Assembly: GCA_050250895.1 (NCBI GenBank)
Contig: JBFWNU010000012.1
Span: 32,001-96,000, forward strand
Direction: 5' to 3'
Source: Vulcanimicrobiota bacterium
Lineage (GTDB): Bacteria; Vulcanimicrobiota; Xenobia; Xenobiales; JADMJV01
DNA: 64,000 bases
Position numbers and translations under genes: made by a program. Under the pieces are notes generated by a model that was not told the DNA's origin, did not search any database, and saw only the letters and a program-made list of their open reading frames with translations. This document shows positions 10,120 to 19,686 of the stretch, in pieces. Each line of letters begins with the position of its first letter. Position 1 is the first letter of the stretch.

Positions 10120-10997
10120 TGGGTCCCCTTCTTAGTCGAGCCGGCCGGGTCCTGTGCGGCCAACATCTCGCGATGATTTTGCAGGGCCTTGATCTCGGCG
10201 TCGAGTTCGGCCACCGTCGGCTGACGAGCCACCCAGATGAGTTCCTGACCCATCTCGCGGTAAGGCTCGCGCTTGAAGCTGCCGTAAAGGTGCTCGACCC
10301 GCAGGCCGGCCCGCTCGAGCAAGTGGTGCATCTCCCAGCGAAAGAACCAGCGCTGGGTAAGAAAGACGTAGCGTTTCTCGGTCACTCGACCCTGCTCGTC
10401 GAGAGTCTCGTAGATCCGTTCTTCATACAGGCATTGCGGGATGGGATCAAAGGTCGAAGTAGCCGACAGCAGCACGCTGCGCCCGGTCTCGGCTTCGAGA
10501 AAGTCACCGTGCTTTTGGCGATAGACTACCGGGTCCAGGTCTGGACCCTTGCGCAGCGAAGTCAGGTCGATATCGTAGTGATTGAGGATGAGGCGACCCC
10601 CCGGACGCAAGTGGCGCTTGATGCAGGCCAGGGTCTCGAGCTGAGCGCGCACGGTCATCACGTGCATGAACTCGCGAAAGGGCAGATAGATCAAGGCGAA
10701 CTTCTGGTTGAGCTCAAAGCTGGCCATCGAGCCTTCAAGCAGGGTGATTCGGGCCTGGGTCTCGGCGGGCAGGTGGGTCAGCTTCTTGCGAGCCTGTTCG
10801 AGCATCAGCGGACAGTTGTCCAGGCCCCAGATGGTGGCGCCGGCGGCCGCCACCTCGAACATCACCCGGCCGGTCCCGCAGCCAAGCTCGAGCACCGGTC
10901 CGTCGGCTCGCTTGGCCTCGTCGACGAAGAAGCGCACGTCATCATGATAGTCGGCGTGCTCGGCGTCGTAGAAGTCGGAGTAGTTGGCGTAATCCAC
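10116..10997 (-). CDS. Class I SAM-dependent methyltransferase
   Basis: VLELGCGTGR, HLRPGGRL; start (GTG) approximate. Confidence 0.88.
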   Translation of the reverse strand: MDYANYSDFYDAEHADYHDDVRFFVDEAKRADGPVLELGCGTGRVMFEVAAAGATIWGLDNCPLMLEQARKKLTHLPAETQARITLLEGSMASFELNQKFALIYLPFREFMHVMTVRAQLETLACIKRHLRPGGRLILNHYDIDLTSLRKGPDLDPVVYRQKHGDFLEAETGRSVLLSATSTFDPIPQCLYEERIYETLDEQGRVTEKRYVFLTQRWFFRWEMHHLLERAGLRVEHLYGSFKREPYREMGQELIWVARQPTVAELDAEIKALQNHREMLAAQDPAGSTKKGTQ

Positions 10998-11078
10998 GCC
11001 CGGCCATTTAGCGGCCCGGCGGCCGAATCCTTTGAAACGGCACGGCGAGCCTCGCAACGAGGCTCGCCGTGGGGGAGT

Positions 11079-11504
11079 CTATCTCAGGCCGAAGTCGTCT
11101 TGCAGCAGCAGGCGGGTGCGCGCCTCACCTACACCTAGTTCCAGGTTGTCCCGACCGACCGAGCGGACCGTCCAGGCTCCCAACTTGTCGCCTTTTTGGA
11201 CCACTCGGGTAGCCCCGTCCACGGTCACCAGAGCCTGGTTGCCTCGCGAAGAGACGACGATGCCGGTGAGCGAGGCTTCGAGTTCAGGAGGAGTGTTGAG
11301 AGCGACTTCGGTTTGATTGTCGCGGGGGTTGTCGATAGCCTGATCGGCTTGCTCGGTCTGAGGTCGGGTAGGGGGGAGGGGCTTGACTGCCTGGGCGCGG
11401 GAGGGCGGGACGAAGGGGTCGCGCGAGGTGCGAGCGGGGGTCTCGGCCAGCAACGGGGCGGCCAGGGTGGCGATCAAAAGGGCGGTAGTCAGGGTTCTTT
11501 TCAT
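11079..11504 (-). CDS. PilP/GspC-HR-like exported protein
   Basis: Signal peptide, RDPF motif, LTGIV..ALV..V.KGD.LG; SD GAGGAG. Confidence 0.65.
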   Translation of the reverse strand: MKRTLTTALLIATLAAPLLAETPARTSRDPFVPPSRAQAVKPLPPTRPQTEQADQAIDNPRDNQTEVALNTPPELEASLTGIVVSSRGNQALVTVDGATRVVQKGDKLGAWTVRSVGRDNLELGVGEARTRLLLQDDFGLR

Positions 11505-11605
11505 ACGGACACACTCCTCAGGTAAGATACTCCCTCCGTCGAGGGCAGACCGGCGGTATTCCGTTGTTTGCCAGGTATATTGTTACTAGCGGTGAACGGC
11601 CGCGC

Positions 11606-12109
11606 ATGGAATGGGTCGACCTGATCGACAATGACAATCGCGTGGTAGGACAGGCCCCCAGGGCTATCGTGCGTAGGCATAATATGCTACACCGCGGGAT
11701 CGGCGTGCTGTGTCTGGATCCGGCTGGTCGAGTGTATGTCCACCAGCGCACGGCCACCAAGGACCTCTTTCCCAGCCACTTCGACATGTTCGTGGGAGGA
11801 GTGGTGGGAGCCGGGGAGGACTATCTCGAGGCTGCCCGGCGCGAGGTGGAAGAAGAACTCGGGGTGACCGAGGGAAAGCTCGAGCACCTCTTTGACCACC
11901 TCTATCTCGGACCCGAGAACCGCAGCTGGATCCGTCTCTATCAGGTGGTCTGGGCCGGACCGATCCGTTGCCAGCCCGAAGAGATCGTGTGGGGTGACTG
12001 GATGAGCCCGGGCGAGGTCGTGCGCTGGGCCGAGACGGTCCCCATCGTGGCCGATGGGCTCGAGCTGTTTCGGATTCATGGCGAGCGTTTTCCCCAATTT
12101 TGGGGCTAA
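11606..12109 (+). CDS. NUDIX hydrolase (YfcD/IDI-like)
   Basis: GGVVGAGEDYLEAARREVEEELG NUDIX box; HQRTATK..FP. Confidence 0.9.
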   Translation: MEWVDLIDNDNRVVGQAPRAIVRRHNMLHRGIGVLCLDPAGRVYVHQRTATKDLFPSHFDMFVGGVVGAGEDYLEAARREVEEELGVTEGKLEHLFDHLYLGPENRSWIRLYQVVWAGPIRCQPEEIVWGDWMSPGEVVRWAETVPIVADGLELFRIHGERFPQFWG

Positions 12110-12162
12110 GGTTCTCGGGACTGGCTCAACGACCCTCATGGATGAGCAAGGCGGGCCCCCAG

Positions 12163-12199
12163 AAAAAGAGCGGACCCCGGAAACTCTGTCCGGGGTTCC
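12163..12199 (-). terminator. Rho-independent terminator (possibly bidirectional)
   Basis: GGACCCCGGA/TCCGGGGTTCC stem, 7-nt loop, U-tract on the minus strand. Confidence 0.65.
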
Positions 12200-12203
12200 T
12201 CCG

Positions 12204-12302
12204 CTATCTTCGCCGATTGGCTGGATCCGCGGTGTCGCGGATCGACTCCTCAGAAGCGTCTGAGGCGATTGAGGCTATGCAGTTTTGCGGCACTCTTGCC
12301 AA
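12204..12302 (-). CDS. Putative 32-aa small protein (MARVPQNCIASIASDASEESIRDTADPANRRR)
   Basis: TATCAT -10, SD AAGGAAGGT, TTG start, terminator directly after the stop; below the ORF-track cutoff. Confidence 0.4.
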   Translation of the reverse strand: MARVPQNCIASIASDASEESIRDTADPANRRR

Positions 12303-12390
12303 GGCACCACCTTCCTTACCATGACCATGATAGTCCGACCAACGTTAGAACGTGATTGGCGCCGCGTTGGAGTTGCGCTAGCGTGGCTGG

Positions 12391-12432
12391 ATGACCTCGA
12401 TCATTCCCCGGGGGGGTCTCGGATGTTAGGCT
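12391..12432 (+). promoter_or_regulatory. FNR/CRP-family box ATGAC-N4-ATCAT, N22, then -10 TAGGCT
   Basis: Palindrome close to TTGAT-N4-ATCAA, centred about -41.5 from the inferred TSS; same spacing as the PFOR promoter. Confidence 0.6.
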
Positions 12433-12459
12433 CTCCTCATCCGAGGAGGAGCAACTAGC

Positions 12460-12726
12460 ATGAAGATTCAGGAAGAACTTATCCGGTTAGAGAAATTGGC
12501 CCAACTACGCGATGAAATCCGGTTGCGGATTCATCTAGCCGGGGCCGAAATGCGCGACCATTGGCATCAACTCGAAGTGAAGTGGACCCTGCTCCAGACC
12601 CGCCTTAACCCGGTCAAACGGGCCGGAGCCGAATCGGTTCAGGGACTCGGCGAAGCGGGCAGGCTCTTGCTCGAGGAGTTGGTGGAAGGCTACGAGCGGA
12701 TACGTCAGGCCCTACGCGATTTGTGA
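12460..12726 (+). CDS. Small helical hypothetical protein (88 aa)
   Basis: Strong SD GAGGAGGAG; RDEIRLRIHLA..E..W..LE.KW coiled-coil pattern. Confidence 0.8.
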   Translation: MKIQEELIRLEKLAQLRDEIRLRIHLAGAEMRDHWHQLEVKWTLLQTRLNPVKRAGAESVQGLGEAGRLLLEELVEGYERIRQALRDL

Positions 12727-12735
12727 GCCGATACC

Positions 12736-13272
12736 TTGGATAGACAGAGCTTCCACGTAGCCGACGAGGCCACGCTTGAAACCACCCTGGACCGAATCGC
12801 CGCCGAGGTGTTAGCCCGGGCCGGTTCGGATGTCCATCTGGTCGGTATCCGGCGCCGCGGAGTGCCGCTGGCCGCTCGGCTGGCGGGAGCCTTACGAGCC
12901 CGGGTCGGGCGTGCCTATAACGTCGGAGAGCTCGAACTCAAGCGCTACTCTGACAATCTGGACATTTTGCATCAGAGGCCTCGTCTGGTCGAACATCCCC
13001 TTCCGTTCGAGGTGGCGGGCGCTCACCTGCTCGTGGTCGATGACGTGCTCTATACCGGGCGGTCACTCTTGCAAGCCGTCTCCCACCTGGAGCGAGCCGG
13101 GGCTGGCCGAATCTCGACCGTGGTGCTGTGTCGGCGAGATGGACTCGAGGTGCCGATCCGGGCCGACTTCGTGGGATGGCACCTCGAGGTCGGGCCGCAG
13201 GGTGTCATCCAGGTCAAGACTCCACCCTACGATGACCAGACCGCCGTCTGGATCGTCGACAAAGAATCCTAA
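12736..13272 (+). CDS. PyrR-like phosphoribosyltransferase
   Basis: GIRRRGVPLA, VVDDVLYTGRS PRPP loop, PIRADFVG. Confidence 0.85.
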   Translation: MDRQSFHVADEATLETTLDRIAAEVLARAGSDVHLVGIRRRGVPLAARLAGALRARVGRAYNVGELELKRYSDNLDILHQRPRLVEHPLPFEVAGAHLLVVDDVLYTGRSLLQAVSHLERAGAGRISTVVLCRRDGLEVPIRADFVGWHLEVGPQGVIQVKTPPYDDQTAVWIVDKES

Positions 13273-13358
13273 GCGGCTTCTGTCTCTACTGTCGCTGCAC
13301 CCTGAGGGTGGCTGCCTTTCCGTTGGCCCAGTGTCCCTGCAGTTGAAAGTCGTTGGTA

Positions 13359-13657
13359 TGGCCGGCCACCTTGCCCTGGACCCTCACATCGACGAGATTT
13401 CCAGTCAGGACCTGAGCGGAGACTATCCAGTGATACGCTACGGTCCGCCTGATGGTGAACTGATCGTCGACCTGATTGCCCGACTCGGTGAGCTATTCTC
13501 CTATGACGATATCGAGAGTACTATGATAGACTTTGAGGAGACTCCCGTTCGAGTAGCCACCCCGGCTACTCTATATAAAATGAAGCGCGACACCGTGCGC
13601 CCCCGCGACCGCGCCGACGCTACGGTGCTCCAGCAGAAATTTGGCTTGGAGGATTGA
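13359..13657 (+). pseudogene. 5'-truncated nucleotidyltransferase-superfamily gene
   Basis: C-terminal VDLI..VRVATPATLYKMK..RPRDRAD present; no N-terminal GG..A..G..T.D.D catalytic segment; lower GC. Confidence 0.55.
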
Positions 13658-13658
13658 G

Positions 13659-13898
13659 ATGCCCCTGGAGAAGTTTCGCTCTCACGACGACGCCGAGCGA
13701 GCGCTTTGGCTGCCTAGCGGCGATCCGTCGATCCTGGTACGGCTGAGGGCTCTGTTGGAGTTCAGTCACCGCCTCTGCCCCGGGCAGACCCCGCGTGGAG
13801 TGCGCAAATTCCGCAGCCTGGCCGAGGCTCAGGCCGAGCGAGAGGAATGGGTCCAGGCCCGGATCGACCGGCTGCAGGCCGAGCGCAAGGCTCAGTGA
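13659..13898 (+). CDS. Small protein paired with the nucleotidyltransferase
   Basis: SD GGAGG; duplicated KFRS..(D/E)A motif. Confidence 0.7.
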   Translation: MPLEKFRSHDDAERALWLPSGDPSILVRLRALLEFSHRLCPGQTPRGVRKFRSLAEAQAEREEWVQARIDRLQAERKAQ

Positions 13899-14911
13899 GG
13901 AGCCACCCCGGTGGGGTCGGGGCTCCACGAGTGCAGCACCTTCATGTAGTTGTGGCGCTCGAAGGCGGCCGGGTCGGCAGCGTGCTGCTGACTCAGGCTG
14001 CCGCGCATCTGGGCGAGCGAGTCGTACTCGCGCTCTTCAAGCCAGACCTTGAGCCCGGCCAGCATCTGGGCGATGCGACCGCTGCCGTGACGCAGCAACT
14101 CGGAGGTCATCTGGGTGATGCTGGCCCCCGCCAACACTGACTTGACCACGTCCTCGTAAGTGTGCACCCCGCTGGTGATGGCCAGGTCGGCCTGGACCCG
14201 GCCAAACAGGATGGCCACCCAGGTCATGGGCAGGCGCAGGTCGTCGGACGACGAGAGCACCAGTCGCGAGACTACCGTCAGGTGATCGAGGTCGAAGTCT
14301 GGCTGGTAGAAGCGGTTGAACAACACCAGCCCCTTCACCCCGCCTTCGCTCACCAGGCGACGAGCCATATTAGCCGGGGCCGAGAAAAACGGGCTCAGTT
14401 TGACCGCCACCGGAATCTTGACCGTCCTGACAACGAGCTTGACCGTCTCGAGATATTGGTCCTCGACCTGTTGGGCTGAGACCTCGGGGTCGGTGGCCAG
14501 GTTATAGAGGTTGAGTTCCAGCGCCGCGGCGCCGGCTTGCTCGAGGCTGATGGCGTAGTCGGTCCAACCACCCGGAGTGACCCCGTTGAGCGAGGCGATG
14601 ACGGGAATGTCAAGCGATTGGCTGGCCCGCGAGAGCACCGACAGATAGTGGTCGGTGGTCAGGGCGTAGTGGGTGGCCGTCGGCATCAGGGTCATCGCCT
14701 CGGCAAAGCTCTCCGAGCCGTAGGAGCCGTAAAGGTCGAGGAGCGTGCCCTCTTGCTCGATTTGCTCTTCGAACAAGGACGGCATGATCACGGCCGCGGC
14801 GCCCGCCTCGGCCAGGCGCTCGATGCCTTCCAGGCTGCCGGTCAACGGGCCGGCGCCGGCCACCAGCGGGTGGGGCAGGTTCATTCCCAAATAGGTAGTG
14901 GCCAGGTTCAT
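13892..14911 (-). CDS. Dihydroorotate dehydrogenase-like flavoprotein (PFOR-associated)
   Basis: SLFEEQI, ALELN, IPVAVKLSP, LFNRFYQPD. Confidence 0.88.
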   Translation of the reverse strand: MNLATTYLGMNLPHPLVAGAGPLTGSLEGIERLAEAGAAAVIMPSLFEEQIEQEGTLLDLYGSYGSESFAEAMTLMPTATHYALTTDHYLSVLSRASQSLDIPVIASLNGVTPGGWTDYAISLEQAGAAALELNLYNLATDPEVSAQQVEDQYLETVKLVVRTVKIPVAVKLSPFFSAPANMARRLVSEGGVKGLVLFNRFYQPDFDLDHLTVVSRLVLSSSDDLRLPMTWVAILFGRVQADLAITSGVHTYEDVVKSVLAGASITQMTSELLRHGSGRIAQMLAGLKVWLEEREYDSLAQMRGSLSQQHAADPAAFERHNYMKVLHSWSPDPTGVAPH

Positions 14912-14912
14912 C

Positions 14913-17900
14913 TCAGTTCTCCATTCCAGCCAGGGCCTGATAGTGTCGGTAGCGTTCTTGCACCATCTCCTGGGCGTCGAGAGCGAACTCCTCGGCCGCC
15001 TCCGGGTTGGTGTGGTGCAGGATGCGAAAGCGTCCTTCGTTGTCGAGGTAGGTGCGCAGCGGTGCGCTGGGCTCTTTGCTGTCGAGCAGCAGCGGGTTGA
15101 GCCCCTGCATGACGCGGCGCGGGTCGTAGCGATAGAGCAACCACTGGCCCGTCTTGACGGCCAGGTTTTGCTGGTTCATGCCTTTGGCCATGTCGATGCC
15201 GTGGGCGATGCACTGGGAGTAGGCAATGATGAGCGACGGCCCGTCATAGCTCTCGGCCTCGCGAAAAGCGCGCAGAGTCTGGGTATCGCTGGCCCCCATA
15301 GCCACTTGAGCAACATAGACATTGCCGTGGCTCATGGCCAGCCTGCCCAGGTCTTTCTTGGGCGTCGGCTTGCCGGCCGCCGTGAACTTGGCCACCGCTC
15401 CCAGCGGAGTGGCCTTTGAGGCCTGGCCGCCGGTGTTGGAATACACCTCGGTATCGAGCACCAGCACGTTGACGTTCTGAGCACTGGCCAGCACGTGATC
15501 CAGGCCGCCATAGCCGATGTCATAGGCCCAGCCATCGCCCCCTACGATCCAGAGGCTGCGCGGCACCAGTCCATCGGCTAAAGCCAGGAGATCCCGAGCT
15601 CGGGGCTCCTGGCTGTCGTTGAGACGCTCTTTGAGTTGGGCCACCCGGGCTCGTTGAGCCTCGGCATCCTTGACATAGCCCATCAGGTCGCGGGCCAGAT
15701 TCTCGCCGATTTCGCCGGCCAATTCGGCTACCAGTCGCAGGGCGTAGGCGCGCTGGTGGTCCAGGGCCAGGCGCATTCCCAGGCCGAACTCGGCGTTGTC
15801 TTCAAACAGCGAGTTGCTCCAGGCGGGGCCGCGTCCGTTCTTGTCGGTGGCCCAGGGGGTGGTGGGCAGGTTGCCGCCATAGATGCTCGAGCAACCGGTG
15901 GCGTTGGCGATGATGGCCCGATCGCCGAATAGCTGGCTGAGCAACTTGAGATAGGGAGTCTCGCCGCAGCCCGCGCAGGCCCCCGAGAATTCAAACCTCG
16001 GCTGCAGCAGTTGCACGTCCTTGACGGTGTGATAGCTCAGATCGGCCGGGGGATGGTCGTCAAGCTCGAGGAAGAACTCCCAGTTGGCTCGCTCGGCATC
16101 GCGCAGATCGTGTTGGGCGGCCATGTTGATGGCCTTGCGCGAGAGGTTGGACTTGTCTTTGGCGGGACAGGCTTCTACACACAGCCGGCAGCCCGTGCAG
16201 TCTTCCACCGAGACCTGCAGGGTGTAACGCAGCTCTTTCATCTCTTTCCAGCGGCATGGGTCCGACTTGAAAGTGGGCGGGGCCGTCTCGAGTCGCTCGG
16301 CCGGATACGCCTTGGCGCGAATCACCGAGTGAGGGCATACCATCACGCATTTGCCGCACTGGATACATAGGTCCGGCTCCCACACCGGTACGTCGAGCGA
16401 CAGATTGCGCTTTTCCCAGCGGGTGGTGGCGCTGGGATAGGTGCCGTCGACGGGTAGAGCGCTAACCGGCAGCAGATCGCCCTGTTCGGCCAGTATCCTG
16501 GCCGTCACCTCGCGCACGAATTCCGGCGCCTGGGCGGGCACCGGGTCCGGAGTGGGCGGTCCGTCGCAAGCTCCCACCTCGAGGCGATAAAGCCCGTCGA
16601 GAGCCGAATCGACCGCCTTGAAGTTGCGCTCGACCAGGCTGCGCCCACCTTTGCCATAGCTCTTCTCGATGGCGGTCTTGATCCGGGCGAGGGCCTGTTC
16701 TTTAGGCAGAACCTTGCTGATGGCGAAAAAGCAGGTCTGCATGATGGTGTTGATGCGCACTCCGAGCCCCAGCGAGCGAGCCACCTGATAGGCGTCGATG
16801 GCCCACACTTCGAGTTCGAGGTCGCGGATTTGGGCCTGGACCTGGGCCGGTATTTTTGACCAGGTCAACTCGGGCGAGAAGGGGCTGTTGAGCAGCAGCG
16901 TGGCTCTGGGCTCGATGCGTTCGAGCACCGGGAAGCGGCGCAAGAACTCGAACTGATGCACGGCCACGAAACTGGCTTTTTGGATTAGATAGGGGCTGGC
17001 GATCGGCTTGGGGCCAAAGCGCAGATGGCTGACGGTGCGGGCTCCGGCCTTCTTGGAGTCATAGACGAAATATCCCTGGGCAAAGCTGGGGGTCTCTTCG
17101 CCGATGATCTTGACCGTGTTCTTGTTGGCTCCCACCGTGCCATCCGAGCCCAGACCCCAGAAGAGCGCGCGTACGGTCTGGGAACACTCGGTGATGAAGT
17201 TCGGGTCGTAGTCGAGATGGCTGTGGGTGAGGTCGTCGATGATGCCGATGGTGAAATGCCGCTTGGGTCGGTCCTTCTGGAGTTCGCTCAGGATAGCCGC
17301 GGCCATGGCCGGGGTGAATTCCTTCGACGATAGACCGTAGCGACCGCCAATGATGGTGGGTAGGCGACCTTCCCAACCTTCGACCAGGGCCGTGACTACG
17401 TCCTGATAGAGAGGCTCGCCGGCCGAGCCCGGCTCCTTGGTGCGATCGAGCACCGCCACGGCCCGGGTGGTTCTGGGCAGAGCGGCCACCAGATGCTCGA
17501 CCGAGAAAGGACGGAACAGGCGCACCTTGACCAGGCCCACTTGTTCGCCCCGCGCGACCAGGGCCTGGACCGCCTCTTCGGCGGTATCGCAGGCCGAGCC
17601 CATCAAAACCAGCACCCGTTCGGCCTCGGGATGGCCCACGTAGTCAAACAGCCGATAGTGGCGCCCAGTCAGCTCGGCAAATTGGTCCAGGGCCGCTTGA
17701 ACGATGCCGGGAGTGGCTTGATAGTAGGGATTGACGCTCTCGCGGGCCTGGAAGAACACGTCGGGATTCTGAGCCGTGCCACGAATGAAGGGATGATCGG
17801 GAGAAAGCGCTCGCTCCCGGTGGGCCCGAATAGCCTCTGAATCCAGCATCTTCGCAATCGTGTCGGGGTCGAGGTCCTCGATGGTGGCCAACTCGTGCGA

Positions 17901-18422
17901 GGTGCGAAAGCCGTCCATCACGTGCAAAAAGGGAACGCGGGCTTTCAGGGTGGCAGCCTGGGCAATGAGGGCGAAATCCATGGCTTCTTGCACCGAGTTG
18001 GCAAAGAGCTGGGCGAAACCGGTGGCCCGGGCGGCCATCACGTCGCTGTGGTCGCCGAAGATGGAAAGCGCCTGAGCCGCGACGGAGCGAGCCGCGATAT
18101 GAATCACGGTACTGGTCAGTTCCCCCGCGATCTTGTACATATTGGGAATCATCAAGAGCAGGCCCTGGCTGGCCGTGAAGGTGGTGGTCAGGGAGCCAGC
18201 CTGGAGTGCTCCGTGGACGGCCCCGGCCGCGCCTCCCTCAGCCTGCATCTCTTGGACCCGGGGCACCGAGCCCCACAGGTTGGGCCGCCCCTCGGCCGCC
18301 CACTGGTCGGCCCACTCGCCCATCGGCGAGGCCGGAGTGATGGGATAGATGGCGATGACTTCGTTGACGAGATAGGCGACTTTGGCGACGGCCTCATTGC
18401 CGTCTCTGGTGACAGAACCCAT
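14913..18422 (-). CDS. nifJ: Pyruvate:ferredoxin/flavodoxin oxidoreductase
   Basis: YPITP, two ferredoxin CxxCxxCxxxCP motifs, GACAGCGE, GGDGW..YSNTGGQ TPP motif. Confidence 0.97.
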   Translation of the reverse strand: MGSVTRDGNEAVAKVAYLVNEVIAIYPITPASPMGEWADQWAAEGRPNLWGSVPRVQEMQAEGGAAGAVHGALQAGSLTTTFTASQGLLLMIPNMYKIAGELTSTVIHIAARSVAAQALSIFGDHSDVMAARATGFAQLFANSVQEAMDFALIAQAATLKARVPFLHVMDGFRTSHELATIEDLDPDTIAKMLDSEAIRAHRERALSPDHPFIRGTAQNPDVFFQARESVNPYYQATPGIVQAALDQFAELTGRHYRLFDYVGHPEAERVLVLMGSACDTAEEAVQALVARGEQVGLVKVRLFRPFSVEHLVAALPRTTRAVAVLDRTKEPGSAGEPLYQDVVTALVEGWEGRLPTIIGGRYGLSSKEFTPAMAAAILSELQKDRPKRHFTIGIIDDLTHSHLDYDPNFITECSQTVRALFWGLGSDGTVGANKNTVKIIGEETPSFAQGYFVYDSKKAGARTVSHLRFGPKPIASPYLIQKASFVAVHQFEFLRRFPVLERIEPRATLLLNSPFSPELTWSKIPAQVQAQIRDLELEVWAIDAYQVARSLGLGVRINTIMQTCFFAISKVLPKEQALARIKTAIEKSYGKGGRSLVERNFKAVDSALDGLYRLEVGACDGPPTPDPVPAQAPEFVREVTARILAEQGDLLPVSALPVDGTYPSATTRWEKRNLSLDVPVWEPDLCIQCGKCVMVCPHSVIRAKAYPAERLETAPPTFKSDPCRWKEMKELRYTLQVSVEDCTGCRLCVEACPAKDKSNLSRKAINMAAQHDLRDAERANWEFFLELDDHPPADLSYHTVKDVQLLQPRFEFSGACAGCGETPYLKLLSQLFGDRAIIANATGCSSIYGGNLPTTPWATDKNGRGPAWSNSLFEDNAEFGLGMRLALDHQRAYALRLVAELAGEIGENLARDLMGYVKDAEAQRARVAQLKERLNDSQEPRARDLLALADGLVPRSLWIVGGDGWAYDIGYGGLDHVLASAQNVNVLVLDTEVYSNTGGQASKATPLGAVAKFTAAGKPTPKKDLGRLAMSHGNVYVAQVAMGASDTQTLRAFREAESYDGPSLIIAYSQCIAHGIDMAKGMNQQNLAVKTGQWLLYRYDPRRVMQGLNPLLLDSKEPSAPLRTYLDNEGRFRILHHTNPEAAEEFALDAQEMVQERYRHYQALAGMEN

Positions 18423-18428
18423 GCTGAC

Positions 18429-18470
18429 AGACTAGGGCAAGGTATTCGTCAGTCCAATGATCCATGTCAG
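18429..18470 (-). promoter_or_regulatory. Leaderless PFOR promoter with FNR-like box (CTGAC-N4-ATCAT, N22, TAGTCT, N6, ATG)
   Basis: Box centre 18463.5 lies 41.5 nt from ATG 18422; TTGGAC-N17-TAGTCT also present. Confidence 0.62.
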
Positions 18471-18483
18471 CGGCCGCGCCGCT

Positions 18484-19563
18484 TTATACGCGGGCCAGCC
18501 AGAAGCTGGTCTCGAGCACCGAGTTGATGGAAGCTGCGTTTTCGCGGGTGAAGATCTGCTTGGCGGCCTGGGAGATCTTGCCCCGGCGCAGCGAGTCGAC
18601 GGCATCGGCCACCGAGACGGCCACGTGCTGTTGCACACTGGCGTCGCGGAAGCAATCGACCATACATGATTGGCAGCCATCGCGGATTCTCTGGCTGCCG
18701 TCGAACTCGAAGATATGGCACATCGGGCGCTTCCAGCTGTTGCAACGCCAGAGATAGAGGTTCCAATCGAGATAGAACTGCTTCCAACCACCCAGGCACT
18801 CGAAGCGTTGAGGGCGCTCGTCGAGGTGGGCGTGCATGTCATCGAGCGAGGCGGTGGGGTTGAGCACGGGAATGTCGCGCTTGAGTCCCTTGACGGTCTC
18901 GATCCAGTCGTGCAATTCGTCTTTCGAGAAGGTGACCAGATCAGAATCGGCCGCCCCCAGATAAGACGACTCGAGGGCCGTCAGTGGAAACGAGAAGGTC
19001 ACCGCTTCAAAGCCTAGATCGCGCAGAAACTCCGGCAACTTGCCCGGAGTCTTGATCAGGCGGCTGCAGGTGACCGACGCCGTACAACCGATCTTGTGGT
19101 GGCGGAAGCGTTCGAGCCCCTTCTTGATCTTCTCGCAAACCCCGGACAGTCCGCGGTTGTGTTCGTGGGCCTGGACATCGGGGGCGTCGATCGAGATGAT
19201 CACCCCGGAAAGGCCGGTCTCGGCCAGAGCGTCGATACTGCGCTCGGTGAAAGCCGAGCCGTTACTGACCATCATGGTGGTCATACCGACCTCTTTGGCG
19301 TGCTTGAGAATGTCGTTGCAATGGCGGTGGACCATCGGTTCGCCACCGGTCACGACCAGAAAGCGAACACCGTGGGTGTAGAGAACATCGATGGCTCGCA
19401 GGGCATCTCCGAGTAGCACCGACTTGCCCGATTTGGCCGGCAGCCGGTCCCGGGAAAAACTACAGAAATCGCAGGCGGCATTACAGACGTTGGTAATGGC
19501 GAATTGGCAAGTGCTGGGCCCGCCGTCAACAAAGACCTGCTTCACAATCTCAAGCCACTTCAT
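18484..19563 (-). CDS. Radical SAM protein
   Basis: CNAACDFC, TGGEP, Cys-rich C-terminal auxiliary-cluster region. Confidence 0.9.
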   Translation of the reverse strand: MKWLEIVKQVFVDGGPSTCQFAITNVCNAACDFCSFSRDRLPAKSGKSVLLGDALRAIDVLYTHGVRFLVVTGGEPMVHRHCNDILKHAKEVGMTTMMVSNGSAFTERSIDALAETGLSGVIISIDAPDVQAHEHNRGLSGVCEKIKKGLERFRHHKIGCTASVTCSRLIKTPGKLPEFLRDLGFEAVTFSFPLTALESSYLGAADSDLVTFSKDELHDWIETVKGLKRDIPVLNPTASLDDMHAHLDERPQRFECLGGWKQFYLDWNLYLWRCNSWKRPMCHIFEFDGSQRIRDGCQSCMVDCFRDASVQQHVAVSVADAVDSLRRGKISQAAKQIFTRENAASINSVLETSFWLARV

Positions 19564-19616
19564 CGCAAGGCCGCCGTTCGCCGGGAGGATGGCAACCCCT
19601 CCCCAGGTAGGGGTTC

Positions 19617-19661
19617 CGTGCTTTTTGTCACATCTAGACCTGCAAAACCTTGTGGTATAGT
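19617..19661 (+). promoter_or_regulatory. Promoter with -10 TATAGT and possible CRP-like site CGTGC-N6-TCACA
   Basis: TGTGG-TATAGT upstream of SD GGAGG and GTG 19687. Confidence 0.4.
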
Positions 19662-19686
19662 CGCAAGTGGAAGATTGGAGGCCCGC

